Position numbers and translations under genes: made by a program. From the IMG/VR virus record IMGVR_UViG_3300025138_000005, positions 1 through 33,984 of that record: a stretch of DNA of 33,984 nt. One strand, written 5' to 3'. This DNA comes from a virus. Lineage: Duplodnaviria; Caudoviricetes. The notes beneath the pieces were generated by a model. It worked only from the letters and a program-made list of their open reading frames with translations. It did not search any database and was not told where the DNA came from. Shown one piece after another: positions 26,225-33,984 of this stretch; within the stretch, counting starts at the first letter, position 1; each line of letters begins with the position of its first letter.

Positions 26225-27081
26225 TAGTTCTACAAAGCAACATATGGACTGGTCCAGACGTTATACGTAAATTTGCTAGTTACGATCCTTTTGGTGCAAA
26301 TTTGCCTATCGATGGTTTTTCTTCATCGTTAGATAGTCTTCTTAGGTGGTCTATTACTAATTTTGCTTTTGATTTAGCAAGCGGTGATATAAGTCAAGGT
26401 GCTTATAAGCGTGCCTTAAACGATTTGCTCAAACTGCATTTTGGTGCTGAGTTTGAAAGTGATTTAGCAAAGAGGTCTGAAATATATGTTGCTGCTGCAT
26501 ATGCAGACGGTGCAGAAACAGCAGATAACAAATTACGGTCTTTAGGTGCTTCTTTAGATGACATAGAAGAATCAAGAGGAAAGGTCACTAGTGCATTAGG
26601 TCAAGCCGTCGATAGAACCGTCACAAGGTTGTCAGACGGCGTTGGCGGTACTTTTAGGGTTCAGATGCGTGACCTAGTGGGTCGGGGCATAGAAGAAGGT
26701 CAATCGACTAATGAAATTGCTGCAACAGTTAGAGAATGGGCAGGTGCAAACAATGACCCAGAGCGACAAACTCGTGCTAGATCAGTAATGATTGCCAGAA
26801 CTGAAACACGTAGAGCGCAGATAGACGCACAAACTACAAGTTGGAGAGCAACCAAAATTGTGCAAGGCAAACAATGGCTTCTTGCACCGAATCCGTGTCA
26901 ATTCTGTTCTGCTGCGGCAAGAACTGGCATTATACCATTAGACAAGCCGTTTTATAAACTAGGCGAAGTTCTAACTGGTACAAAGGGCGGCAAGATGGTT
27001 TTAGATTATGAAACAATATATGGGCCTGCATTACATCCAAATTGTCGATGTGATTTGCTACCTGTGCCGATAAAAAGATAG
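26221..27081 (+). CDS. MuF / SPP1 gp7-like head morphogenesis protein
   Basis: RSVMIARTETRRA, KQWL....PCQFC, PALHPNCRC. Confidence 0.9.
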   Translation: MIVLQSNIWTGPDVIRKFASYDPFGANLPIDGFSSSLDSLLRWSITNFAFDLASGDISQGAYKRALNDLLKLHFGAEFESDLAKRSEIYVAAAYADGAETADNKLRSLGASLDDIEESRGKVTSALGQAVDRTVTRLSDGVGGTFRVQMRDLVGRGIEEGQSTNEIAATVREWAGANNDPERQTRARSVMIARTETRRAQIDAQTTSWRATKIVQGKQWLLAPNPCQFCSAAARTGIIPLDKPFYKLGEVLTGTKGGKMVLDYETIYGPALHPNCRCDLLPVPIKR

Positions 27082-27089
27082 AGAAACAT

Positions 27090-27782
27090 ATGCCAACAAT
27101 GATTAAAAAAGAACTAAGAGCAAACGTGGCACCTGATTTTCAAGGTGATCTTGTTGCTAAATTAACTACCGAGTCAATTGATCGTGACGGTGAAGTGCTA
27201 ATTCCTCAAGGTATGAATGCTAAAGATTTTGAAACTAACCCAGTGTTGTTTTGGAATCATGACTATGCACAACCTGTAGGTAAAGTTCTAACCTTAAAAC
27301 GGCACAACGGTTACGTCACAGGAGCATTACAATTTGCCAAAAGGCCAAAAGACTATCAAGGTGAGTTTTTCCCGTCTTTTGCTGAAGCCCTTGTAAGACA
27401 AGGCATTGTAAAAGGGGTAAGCGTCGGTTTTGTGCCAGAAGAAAATGGAATGCGAAACGCGACACGGGGCGACAAGGCAAAATACGGCAACCACGTTAAA
27501 CGTGTATTCAACCGTTGGAAGTTGCTAGAAGTTAGTTTAGCCCCATTGCCTGCAAACCAAGAAGCACTAATTGAAGACGCAGTTGGCAAAGGGCTAATTG
27601 ACGGCGTGCTTGTTAAAAAGTTTTTAGGCGTAGATGTAAAATCTGTCAAAAAGATTACACTGCAACCTAAACAAAAACATGTAGTTAGTTTGCATAATGA
27701 TTATGTATACGAGAATAATTTAGAAATACAAAAAACAGTTAAACGTGAAATAGCCCGACATACAGGGCAAATATATTATTGA
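27090..27782 (+). CDS. HK97-type prohead protease
   Basis: IDRDGEV...NPVLFWNHD...PVGK...GVSVGF...LLEVSLAPLPANQEA. Confidence 0.92.
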   Translation: MPTMIKKELRANVAPDFQGDLVAKLTTESIDRDGEVLIPQGMNAKDFETNPVLFWNHDYAQPVGKVLTLKRHNGYVTGALQFAKRPKDYQGEFFPSFAEALVRQGIVKGVSVGFVPEENGMRNATRGDKAKYGNHVKRVFNRWKLLEVSLAPLPANQEALIEDAVGKGLIDGVLVKKFLGVDVKSVKKITLQPKQKHVVSLHNDYVYENNLEIQKTVKREIARHTGQIYY

Positions 27783-27891
27783 TGCTAAAGGCACTAATGT
27801 TTGAGCCGATGCGTAAGCGAGCGGATTGACAGTAAAAAGCCAAGTAGTAAACCCTTTTTTTAAAAGATACAAATTACTAGGATAACTAACA

Positions 27892-29514
27892 ATGAGACGT
27901 AAGACACTCAACTTAGGCCAGTTGCGAGATGAACTCCAAGTTCTTCTTAACGAATCTGGCGAAAGGAACTTTCCACGGGCTAAGGCCTTGTTCCTTAAGG
28001 ACGTTGACATCGTTGACCAAGATGGATTGCCTATTGACGGTGGCGAAGTTGACGTAGAAATTAGTGTTGGCCCTGAAGTTGCTGCGGCAATGGAAGACGC
28101 TGGCGACCCTCTTCTTGTTGATGAAGACATGAAGAACATGGAAGAAGAAGAAGAAGAAGAAATTGACGAGGACGATGAAGAAATTTATGGTCCTAAAAAT
28201 TACACCAAAGCACCCGGTTACGAAGATGAAAACGCTGAAGCGGATCGTAAACAACGATTGCGTCTTGGTATTCGTTTAGGTGGATCTGGTGCTGGTAAAC
28301 CAGCAGCACGTCGAACAACACGGCAACAAGGAACACCAATCGGTGGCGGCGGTGGTCGAGGCGGCGGTAAAAGTCTACAAGTTGCTAAAGCAGTCAGAAA
28401 GGAACTCAGCAACATGGGTCTTAATAAAAAAGCAGTGCGAGTAGGTAACGCTCTCACCGGACATAAGTACGGCAGCCTTAAGCACTTTAAGGGTGTAAAC
28501 GCTGACCAAGAAGCATATCGATTTGGTCGTTGGGCAATGGCTTGCATGGGCCACCAAAAGTCACTTCGTTTCTGTAACGATTACGGTATTCAACTCAAAG
28601 GTCACACCGAAGGTGTAAACTCTGCTGGTGGTTATCTTGTTCCAGACGAATTTTCTGACCAACTCGTAAGTTTGCGTGAACAGTTCGGTGTATTCCGTTC
28701 CAACGCACACATTGAGCCCATGGGTTCAGATACTAAGCGTATTCCACGGCGTGATTCAACTGTTGCAGCATCATTTGTTGGTGAAGCAACAGCAGGAAGT
28801 GAAAGCCAACAAGTCTTTAGCCAAATTAACTTGGTTGCCAAGAAGTTGATGGTTCTTACCAAGATTAGTAACGAACTTAATGAAGACAGCCTAATTAACC
28901 TTGGTGATAGTATCGCCGGTGAAATTGCTTACGCATTCAGTACGAAAGAAGACCAGTGTGGTTTTAACGGTGACGGTACTTCTACCTTTGGTGGGATTGT
29001 CGGCGTTACTGAAGCAATGGGTGCAGCAGGCACAATTGAATCAACAGGTGTTGATTGTGCTTCTGTTACGCTTGCTAACCTTCATTCAATGATGGGCGCA
29101 CTTCCAACTTATGCAGATACCCCAAATGCCAAGTGGTACATGCACAAGAGCGTGTTTAGTGCCATTGTTGAACGTCTGGTCTACGCTTCTGGCGGTGTGA
29201 CTGCACGCGAACTTTCTGAAGGTGCAGCAGGTACTACTGCTTTTGGGTATCCCGTAGTATTTACTCAGGTTCTACCTACACAAGCATCAGTAGACGCTAC
29301 CGGAAACGGTGCAAACGTGATGCTGTTTGGTGATCTGAGCATTTGCGGGTACATGGGTGACCGACGATCTAACACCATTTCCTTTAGCGATTCAGCATTG
29401 AACGCATTTGAGGGTGATGAAATTGTTGTTCGTGGCACAGAGCGTTTTGACATCGTAAACACTAACCTTGGCGACGGCACTGATGCTGGCGGCATGGTTA
29501 TGCTGCAATTCTGA
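27892..29514 (+). CDS. Major capsid protein (HK97 fold) with long N-terminal scaffold/delta region
   Basis: GGYLVPDEF, FVGEA, KKL.....ISNELNEDS, NGDGT, FGYPVV, FGDLS, RGTERFD. Confidence 0.93.
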   Translation: MRRKTLNLGQLRDELQVLLNESGERNFPRAKALFLKDVDIVDQDGLPIDGGEVDVEISVGPEVAAAMEDAGDPLLVDEDMKNMEEEEEEEIDEDDEEIYGPKNYTKAPGYEDENAEADRKQRLRLGIRLGGSGAGKPAARRTTRQQGTPIGGGGGRGGGKSLQVAKAVRKELSNMGLNKKAVRVGNALTGHKYGSLKHFKGVNADQEAYRFGRWAMACMGHQKSLRFCNDYGIQLKGHTEGVNSAGGYLVPDEFSDQLVSLREQFGVFRSNAHIEPMGSDTKRIPRRDSTVAASFVGEATAGSESQQVFSQINLVAKKLMVLTKISNELNEDSLINLGDSIAGEIAYAFSTKEDQCGFNGDGTSTFGGIVGVTEAMGAAGTIESTGVDCASVTLANLHSMMGALPTYADTPNAKWYMHKSVFSAIVERLVYASGGVTARELSEGAAGTTAFGYPVVFTQVLPTQASVDATGNGANVMLFGDLSICGYMGDRRSNTISFSDSALNAFEGDEIVVRGTERFDIVNTNLGDGTDAGGMVMLQF

Positions 29515-29527
29515 TTGGAGTTATTCA

Positions 29528-29989
29528 ATGATATCTGCACAAAATACAAAAGTGGTGCAAATGCTAGCACCAGTCTCACAGGGTGCTGCTTCTGCTGTTA
29601 CAGGCGCACTCGACTGCAAGGGCTTTAACTACGCAACCATTATTTTTATGGGTGGCGTGATGGCTACTGGTTACTCAGTTATGAAAATCACTGAATGCGA
29701 TACTAGCGGCGGTACTTACACCGACGTTAGTAACGACAACGGTGTATTCGGTCTTGGTGAAACTGGGCAACTAAATGTAGATGGCACTGCATCTGCTGAT
29801 CCAGATGGAACCAATGCTGTTACTTATGGATTCGAAATTGATCTTGCTAAACGTAAGCGATTCCTTAAGGTCAGTTACACAGCAGGCGGAACCTGTCTTT
29901 CAGCAATGTTCGGTATCTTAAGCCGTGCAAGTGACGCTGAATCAGACAATCTTTCTGGCCGTGGTTTTACAGGTTTGCTTAGAGGCTAA
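29528..29989 (+). CDS. Putative capsid decoration/cement protein, paralog 1
   Basis: GGAG RBS before ATG 29528; follows the MCP; DCKGFNYATI...TECDTSGGT...KRFLKV. Confidence 0.6.
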   Translation: MISAQNTKVVQMLAPVSQGAASAVTGALDCKGFNYATIIFMGGVMATGYSVMKITECDTSGGTYTDVSNDNGVFGLGETGQLNVDGTASADPDGTNAVTYGFEIDLAKRKRFLKVSYTAGGTCLSAMFGILSRASDAESDNLSGRGFTGLLRG

Positions 29990-30000
29990 TTTAGTCAATG

Positions 30001-30039
30001 GGTTGGCCCGTCAAATGGCGGGTCAACCTTTTCTTTTTT
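30001..30039 (+). terminator. Intrinsic terminator after the capsid genes
   Basis: Stem ggttggcccgtc / ggcgggtcaacc followed by ttttctttttt. Confidence 0.85.
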
Positions 30040-30056
30040 ATAGTAAAGAAATTATA

Positions 30057-30533
30057 ATGCGTTCAATAACTACGAATAAAATTGTCCCACTCATACAGCC
30101 ATTTGTTGCTGCGGCATCTACTGCATATACAGGAACTGTCGATACTAAAGGCTATGACTTTTGTAATATTGTTTTAAGTAATGGCCCTACTATTCACGCC
30201 GCGTATTCTCTTTGCGCTGTATCAGAATGCGATACTTCAGGTGGAACTTTTGCCTTGATTGATGCGTTAACACTCGGTAACGCAGCAGCAAAAGATATAG
30301 AAGGAAATGCTGCTGCACTATCTGACACAGATGACAACGACACCGTTGTATTTCAAATTGATTGCAACGAAAGTAGACAAAGATTCCAAAGAATAAATAT
30401 TCTTACTGCTGCTGGCGGCAATAGTATTTTTACAGTCTTCGCGGTTTTAGGTCGCGTTTCTGACATGGGACCAGATAACAACGCAAACGCATGTGCAGCA
30501 CTTACAGGCACTTCTATAGTTTTACGTTCGTGA
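30057..30533 (+). CDS. Putative capsid decoration/cement protein, paralog 2
   Basis: DTKGYDFCNI...SECDTSGGT...FQID...RFQRI aligns by eye with paralog 1. Confidence 0.6.
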   Translation: MRSITTNKIVPLIQPFVAAASTAYTGTVDTKGYDFCNIVLSNGPTIHAAYSLCAVSECDTSGGTFALIDALTLGNAAAKDIEGNAAALSDTDDNDTVVFQIDCNESRQRFQRINILTAAGGNSIFTVFAVLGRVSDMGPDNNANACAALTGTSIVLRS

Positions 30534-30544
30534 AGGGGTAACTT

Positions 30545-31411
30545 ATGCCGGTTAAAACAACTGCATTGACATCTTTAGTGAATGTAAAGCAGTATCTAGG
30601 TATTTCATCTAGTGACGACGACGCATTACTCGAAAACATAATAAACCGCGCAACAGACTGGGTAGAATCATATTGTGATCGCAAGTTTAAACAACGTACG
30701 TATTACGAGTGGCATGACGGTAGCGGTGGTCGTCAATTACGGTTAGACAACTGGCCGGTTAATTACGTACAGTCTGTAAATACCGGAGTGCAGACTTCAA
30801 TAGTTGTAAGCGGCAATGTTTCTACAGACGTAAGAGCAAGTATTGCAATTGATACTGATAGCCTTAGATTAAATCGAATAGAAACTGACGGTACTGATAC
30901 CGTTTCCTCTTTTGATTTAACAAGCGATAGTGCCGATGTAACAAAACAGTTGTCTACTGCAATAAGTGCTGTAACTGGTTTTGAATCAAGTTTAGTAGCA
31001 AACGTACCATCTTATCTTTTGCACAGATTGCAAGGCCGAGAAATATCTAGTTCTAGTTTAAATTGCACTTATGCGTCTAACGCTGATAACGAATACAGAG
31101 TAGACGTTGAACGTGGCATAGTTTTTATGCGGTCTTCTAGTCATTTTGATTTGTCTACAGAAGAATTTCCGGCGCGTTTTCCAAGAAGCAGACAAAGCAT
31201 TTTAGTAGTCTACGATGCAGGATATGCAACGGTACCTGATGATATAGAACATGCTGCAATTGAATTTGTGCAAAAGGTTTACGCTATGCGTAGTCACGAC
31301 CCAAATGTATCTAGTGAGGGTTTAGGTGATTACAATTACGGACTTAGACCTAGTGCAGAGGTACTTAACACTATATCTAGTGCTTTACAACCACATATAG
31401 GAATACGCTAA
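30545..31411 (+). CDS. Head-tail adaptor (HK97 gp6/SPP1 gp15-like) with large insertion
   Basis: LTSLVNVKQYLGI....DDALL..II..A...VESYCDRKF and YDAGY..VPDDIEHA. Confidence 0.8.
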   Translation: MPVKTTALTSLVNVKQYLGISSSDDDALLENIINRATDWVESYCDRKFKQRTYYEWHDGSGGRQLRLDNWPVNYVQSVNTGVQTSIVVSGNVSTDVRASIAIDTDSLRLNRIETDGTDTVSSFDLTSDSADVTKQLSTAISAVTGFESSLVANVPSYLLHRLQGREISSSSLNCTYASNADNEYRVDVERGIVFMRSSSHFDLSTEEFPARFPRSRQSILVVYDAGYATVPDDIEHAAIEFVQKVYAMRSHDPNVSSEGLGDYNYGLRPSAEVLNTISSALQPHIGIR

Positions 31412-31767
31412 TGAGTATTAGCAGCCTAATAAACGCTTTAGGTCAAACTGTAACTTTGTACGAACCAACTAATCTTATTGATGATGTAGGTTCTTCTGTG
31501 CAAAGTTTTAGCGAAGGTGTGATTAGGAAAGCATATGTTACGGCATCTGGCAGTAGCACGTTAAATGTTTATGGTCGCACACAAGACACCAAAAACATCC
31601 GTGTTTATTTTGCAGAATACATTGATATTGGTGCTGATTGGGTTCTTAAATTTGACAATGTTTTTTTTAGAATTAACCAAATACAAAATCCGGGTAAACG
31701 TAAAGACGGTAGATTGTCGTATTGCTATATAGATGCTGAAAGCGATACGGGGGCCAACATTGAGTAA
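31411..31767 (+). CDS. Head closure / head-tail stopper
   Basis: 118 aa, VTLY.P....DDVG pattern; synteny. Confidence 0.6.
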   Translation: MSISSLINALGQTVTLYEPTNLIDDVGSSVQSFSEGVIRKAYVTASGSSTLNVYGRTQDTKNIRVYFAEYIDIGADWVLKFDNVFFRINQIQNPGKRKDGRLSYCYIDAESDTGANIE

Positions 31768-32251
31768 AGATATTAAAATTGATATAAATTACTCGGCAAT
31801 ACAAGAGACTATTCGCGTACATGTAAAAGAGCATGTGCTTATGTCTCAAATTATGTTTATACGTATAATTAAAAAGATACTTAGTCAGCCCGGTTCAGGT
31901 GTTAAGTACCCACGTTCAGCAACACGATCTAGTAAAAGAAACGAAGCACCTGCTGCACAAACTGGTACGTTAAGAGCGTCATGGGGCGTAGCCGGTGCGG
32001 TTACAGATAATGGACCAACAATAGATTCAAACATTTGGCAGCACGGTATTCTTGCGCCCGGCGGTGGTAGTCCAATTAAATATGGTTTCTGGTTGGAAAA
32101 CGGAACTGTACACATGGACAAAAGGCCGCATGTAACACCAGCAGTTGAAGAAACACAAAATTGGTCAGACCGTAATTTAGATGTTGTTGTACAAAGAATT
32201 GTGGACGAATTAGAAAGACGTACAAACTTTGATACTGGTGGAGCAGAATGA
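31760..32251 (+). CDS. Neck/tail completion protein (HK97 gp10-like)
   Basis: APAAQTGTLRASW and YGFWLENGTVHMDKRPHVTPA; probable TTG start at 31760 (track start 31733). Confidence 0.72.
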   Translation: MSKDIKIDINYSAIQETIRVHVKEHVLMSQIMFIRIIKKILSQPGSGVKYPRSATRSSKRNEAPAAQTGTLRASWGVAGAVTDNGPTIDSNIWQHGILAPGGGSPIKYGFWLENGTVHMDKRPHVTPAVEETQNWSDRNLDVVVQRIVDELERRTNFDTGGAE

Positions 32252-32664
32252 TATTAGCAATGCACAAAGCGATTAAGGCCGCCTTGTATAGCAAAACCGG
32301 GGCTTCGCCTAACAACTTCACAACTTTGGTTGATAGCAAAATTTACGACACTATTGGGCCAACTGATGAACAAAGCACTTATTGTGTTTGGCGGTTTGAC
32401 CAAGTAGGCGTTTTTAGCCATTTCAACAACAAAGAAACAATTGAATCTAACGTAACTATTTTGACTGTTACGGATAGAAGAAAAGGTGTTGCTAATCATT
32501 TGGCAATTTTAGATTCTTTATCAGAATTACGTGCCTATACAGACGATGTAAATGTTGGGATAGACCGTATTTCTTTTAGGTTAACAAACATTGGGGCCAT
32601 TATATTAGATGGCAAATATCTCACCTCGAACACTACATTTAGAGTTACTTCAACAAGGAAATAG
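32248..32664 (+). CDS. Tail terminator protein
   Basis: AIKAALY....LVDSKIYD..P.......YCVW; size and synteny before the tail tube. Confidence 0.65.
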   Translation: MILAMHKAIKAALYSKTGASPNNFTTLVDSKIYDTIGPTDEQSTYCVWRFDQVGVFSHFNNKETIESNVTILTVTDRRKGVANHLAILDSLSELRAYTDDVNVGIDRISFRLTNIGAIILDGKYLTSNTTFRVTSTRK

Positions 32665-32667
32665 AAA

Positions 32668-33081
32668 ATGGCTTACATAGTTGGAAACGATGGGCTAGTT
32701 AATTTTGGCACTGACCATGTGCTTGCATTTAATGCTTGGTCATTAAATTTAAGTAGAACTTCTACAGATATCACAGCGTTTGGTGATGGTGCTAAGCGGA
32801 GAAGGTTAGGCGTTCTTGATATGACTGGTTCTGCTGGTGGTCACTTTATGGCCGATGCTAGTAATACTGATCCCGGTCTAGCAGATTTTATTAACCCTGC
32901 TACAAGTATGGAGGGTATTTCATCATGTGTATTCACTCTAAAAACTGGTTGTACAATTACTGCAACGGTTGTGATAAGTCAGATTGCACTTTCAACTGAC
33001 AAAAATGGTGACGCTACTGGTTCGTTTAACTTTGAACTTTCTGGCGGTAATGCACCAGCAATAGCATGGGATGAATCTTGA
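32668..33081 (+). CDS. Major tail tube protein
   Basis: WSLNLSR...DITAFGD......LG..DMTGS.GG...ATGSFNF; synteny. Confidence 0.75.
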   Translation: MAYIVGNDGLVNFGTDHVLAFNAWSLNLSRTSTDITAFGDGAKRRRLGVLDMTGSAGGHFMADASNTDPGLADFINPATSMEGISSCVFTLKTGCTITATVVISQIALSTDKNGDATGSFNFELSGGNAPAIAWDES

Positions 33082-33302
33082 TGAATCCATTGGGTGAATT
33101 CACCAAAGAAGATTGGGTTGTGGTTTTTAAATTGGCCGATGGCGGCCATAGACGCATTGGTGTTTCGCCTGAAGTAGAGGAACTGGTTGCCATAAATATG
33201 GCTAGAACACTGTTGACTCCTGAACAAAGGGAACAAGTGGTTGACGTATTGTGTGACAGACGGCATGATGCTGTTAAACCATTAACCCTTAAAACGGAGT
33301 AA
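33078..33302 (+). CDS. Hypothetical protein
   Basis: 74 aa ORF overlapping the tube stop. Confidence 0.6.
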   Translation: MMNPLGEFTKEDWVVVFKLADGGHRRIGVSPEVEELVAINMARTLLTPEQREQVVDVLCDRRHDAVKPLTLKTE

Positions 33303-33305
33303 ATT

Positions 33306-33710
33306 ATGTTAGAAGCCAAAGTGTTATTTGATTGCAAAGGTGAGCAAAAAGAACTACGTCAAACTACTGTTGCAGAAGCCATAAATTTGACAGAATTGTT
33401 TTATCAAAGAGAACGTTCTGAAATTATGGCTGACTTAGAAGATGCACAGGTTAGTCCCACAGACCGTCTTGAATGCTTACGTAAACATGCAGAAAATAGA
33501 GGTCTTGCTACATATCTTGCTAGGAATGCAATGCGTGTAGATCGTGCAAAAGAAATTATTACATCAGTTTGCAAAGACGCCGATGAATGGATTGATCATC
33601 TAGACCCTATTTCACTCAGTGAACTTGCACTAAGATGTTTAGGCCACGAACTTATTGACGAAAACAAAGATGATGCAAACCCTCCAACAAACCCGGAGAA
33701 GACACTTTAA
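33306..33710 (+). CDS. Tail assembly chaperone (gpG-like)
   Basis: Acidic helical 134 aa between tube and TMP; slippery heptamers near the 3' end. Confidence 0.7.
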   Translation: MLEAKVLFDCKGEQKELRQTTVAEAINLTELFYQRERSEIMADLEDAQVSPTDRLECLRKHAENRGLATYLARNAMRVDRAKEIITSVCKDADEWIDHLDPISLSELALRCLGHELIDENKDDANPPTNPEKTL

Positions 33711-33898
33711 TACATACGGCTGGTATGGTAATGAAAATGACAGAACAATCATGGGTTTTATCATGTCCTATTGGTTGGTTATCGCAATTCATACAGCCTT
33801 ATATAGATGAATCAGAAGAAAATACAAGTTCGCACGGCGGCGAAGTAGATCACAGATCAATTGTTGATCGAGAAATGAGAAGGTATGGCAGCAGGTAA
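33674..33898 (+). CDS. gpT-like -1 frame extension of the tail chaperone
   Basis: -1 frame open 33674-33898 (...MKMTEQSWVLSCPIGWLSQF...EMRRYGSR*), overlapping the TMP start. Confidence 0.6.
   Translation, partial: CKPSNKPGEDTLIHTAGMVMKMTEQSWVLSCPIGWLSQFIQPYIDESEENTSSHGGEVDHRSIVDREMRRYGSR
33677..33695 (+). promoter_or_regulatory. Tandem -1 frameshift heptamers A AAC CCT and A AAC CCG
   Basis: Both fit X XXY YYZ in the chaperone reading frame; the -1 frame is open from 33674. Confidence 0.65.
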
Positions 33899-33984
33899 AA
33901 TTACAATTGATATTGAAGCCCGCATAGGCAACCTTGAAGCAACAATGCAAAGTTTAGAAGACACTATAAATGTCTCGACTACAA
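33858..33984. repeat. Terminal direct repeat (right copy); circular-assembly overlap
   Basis: Matches 1-127. Confidence 0.95.

Noticed and set aside
27783-27891. Promoter or ncRNA upstream of the major capsid gene
   Set aside because: TTGACA is present but there is no convincing -10 at proper spacing and no clear stable structure by eye.
29468-30056. Track starts at 29468 and 29925
   Set aside because: They overlap upstream genes or span a terminator; 29528 and 30057 give aligned paralogue N-termini.
153-33337. Numerous minus-strand ORFs opposite structural and replication genes (e.g. 1184-1639, 13018-13521, 14870-15379, 17803-18306, 19810-20268)
   Set aside because: Antisense shadows of well-supported + strand genes, with no RBS or recognisable motifs.
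33858-33984. 127-bp terminal repeat as a biological DTR or att site
   Set aside because: Its length equals a standard assembler k-mer and it cuts through coding sequence at the chaperone/TMP junction; it only shows circularity.
1-33984. Stop-codon reassignment, tRNA genes, introns or inteins
   Set aside because: The standard code gives dense, coupled ORFs ending in TAA, TAG and TGA; no cloverleaf seen in the short intergenic gaps; TerL and protease are of normal length.

Overview
The window is an apparently complete, circularly closed genome of a small tailed dsDNA phage with siphovirus-like gene order: 33,857 bp unique plus a 127-bp assembly overlap (1-127 = 33858-33984). Almost all genes are on the + strand. 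The order is tape measure and Cys-rich tail-tip genes (28-6620); a small accessory and divergent control region (6617-9400); early recombination/replication genes (DUF932, RecT/Bet-like annealase, DUF1376-like initiator, Holliday junction resolvase); a membrane/lysis-like cluster with no recognisable endolysin; a metallophosphoesterase; a Flp-like pilin; and an HK97-type head module (TerS, TerL, portal, MuF, prohead protease, major capsid), followed by neck and tail genes ending in a tail chaperone with a -1 frameshift signal. I recognised no integrase, repressor, polymerase, tRNA or CRISPR array. The most striking element is a 1754-aa ORF between portal and MuF. It looks like a string of about six ADP-ribosyltransferase-like domains punctuated by five copies of a K-[AS]-x(2,3)-CGA(T/S)GG...GF..GN(D/T)C..G motif, and is followed by two tiny acidic ORFs. 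My hypothesis is a capsid-packaged, protease-processed effector polyprotein with its own immunity peptides. Other notable items are a phage-encoded Flp/Tad pilin mimic, a 27-bp inverted repeat bracketing one early gene whose two mismatches are both G-U wobbles on the coding strand, and a unimolecular-spanin-like lipoprotein. All family assignments come from motif recognition by eye; no searches were run.
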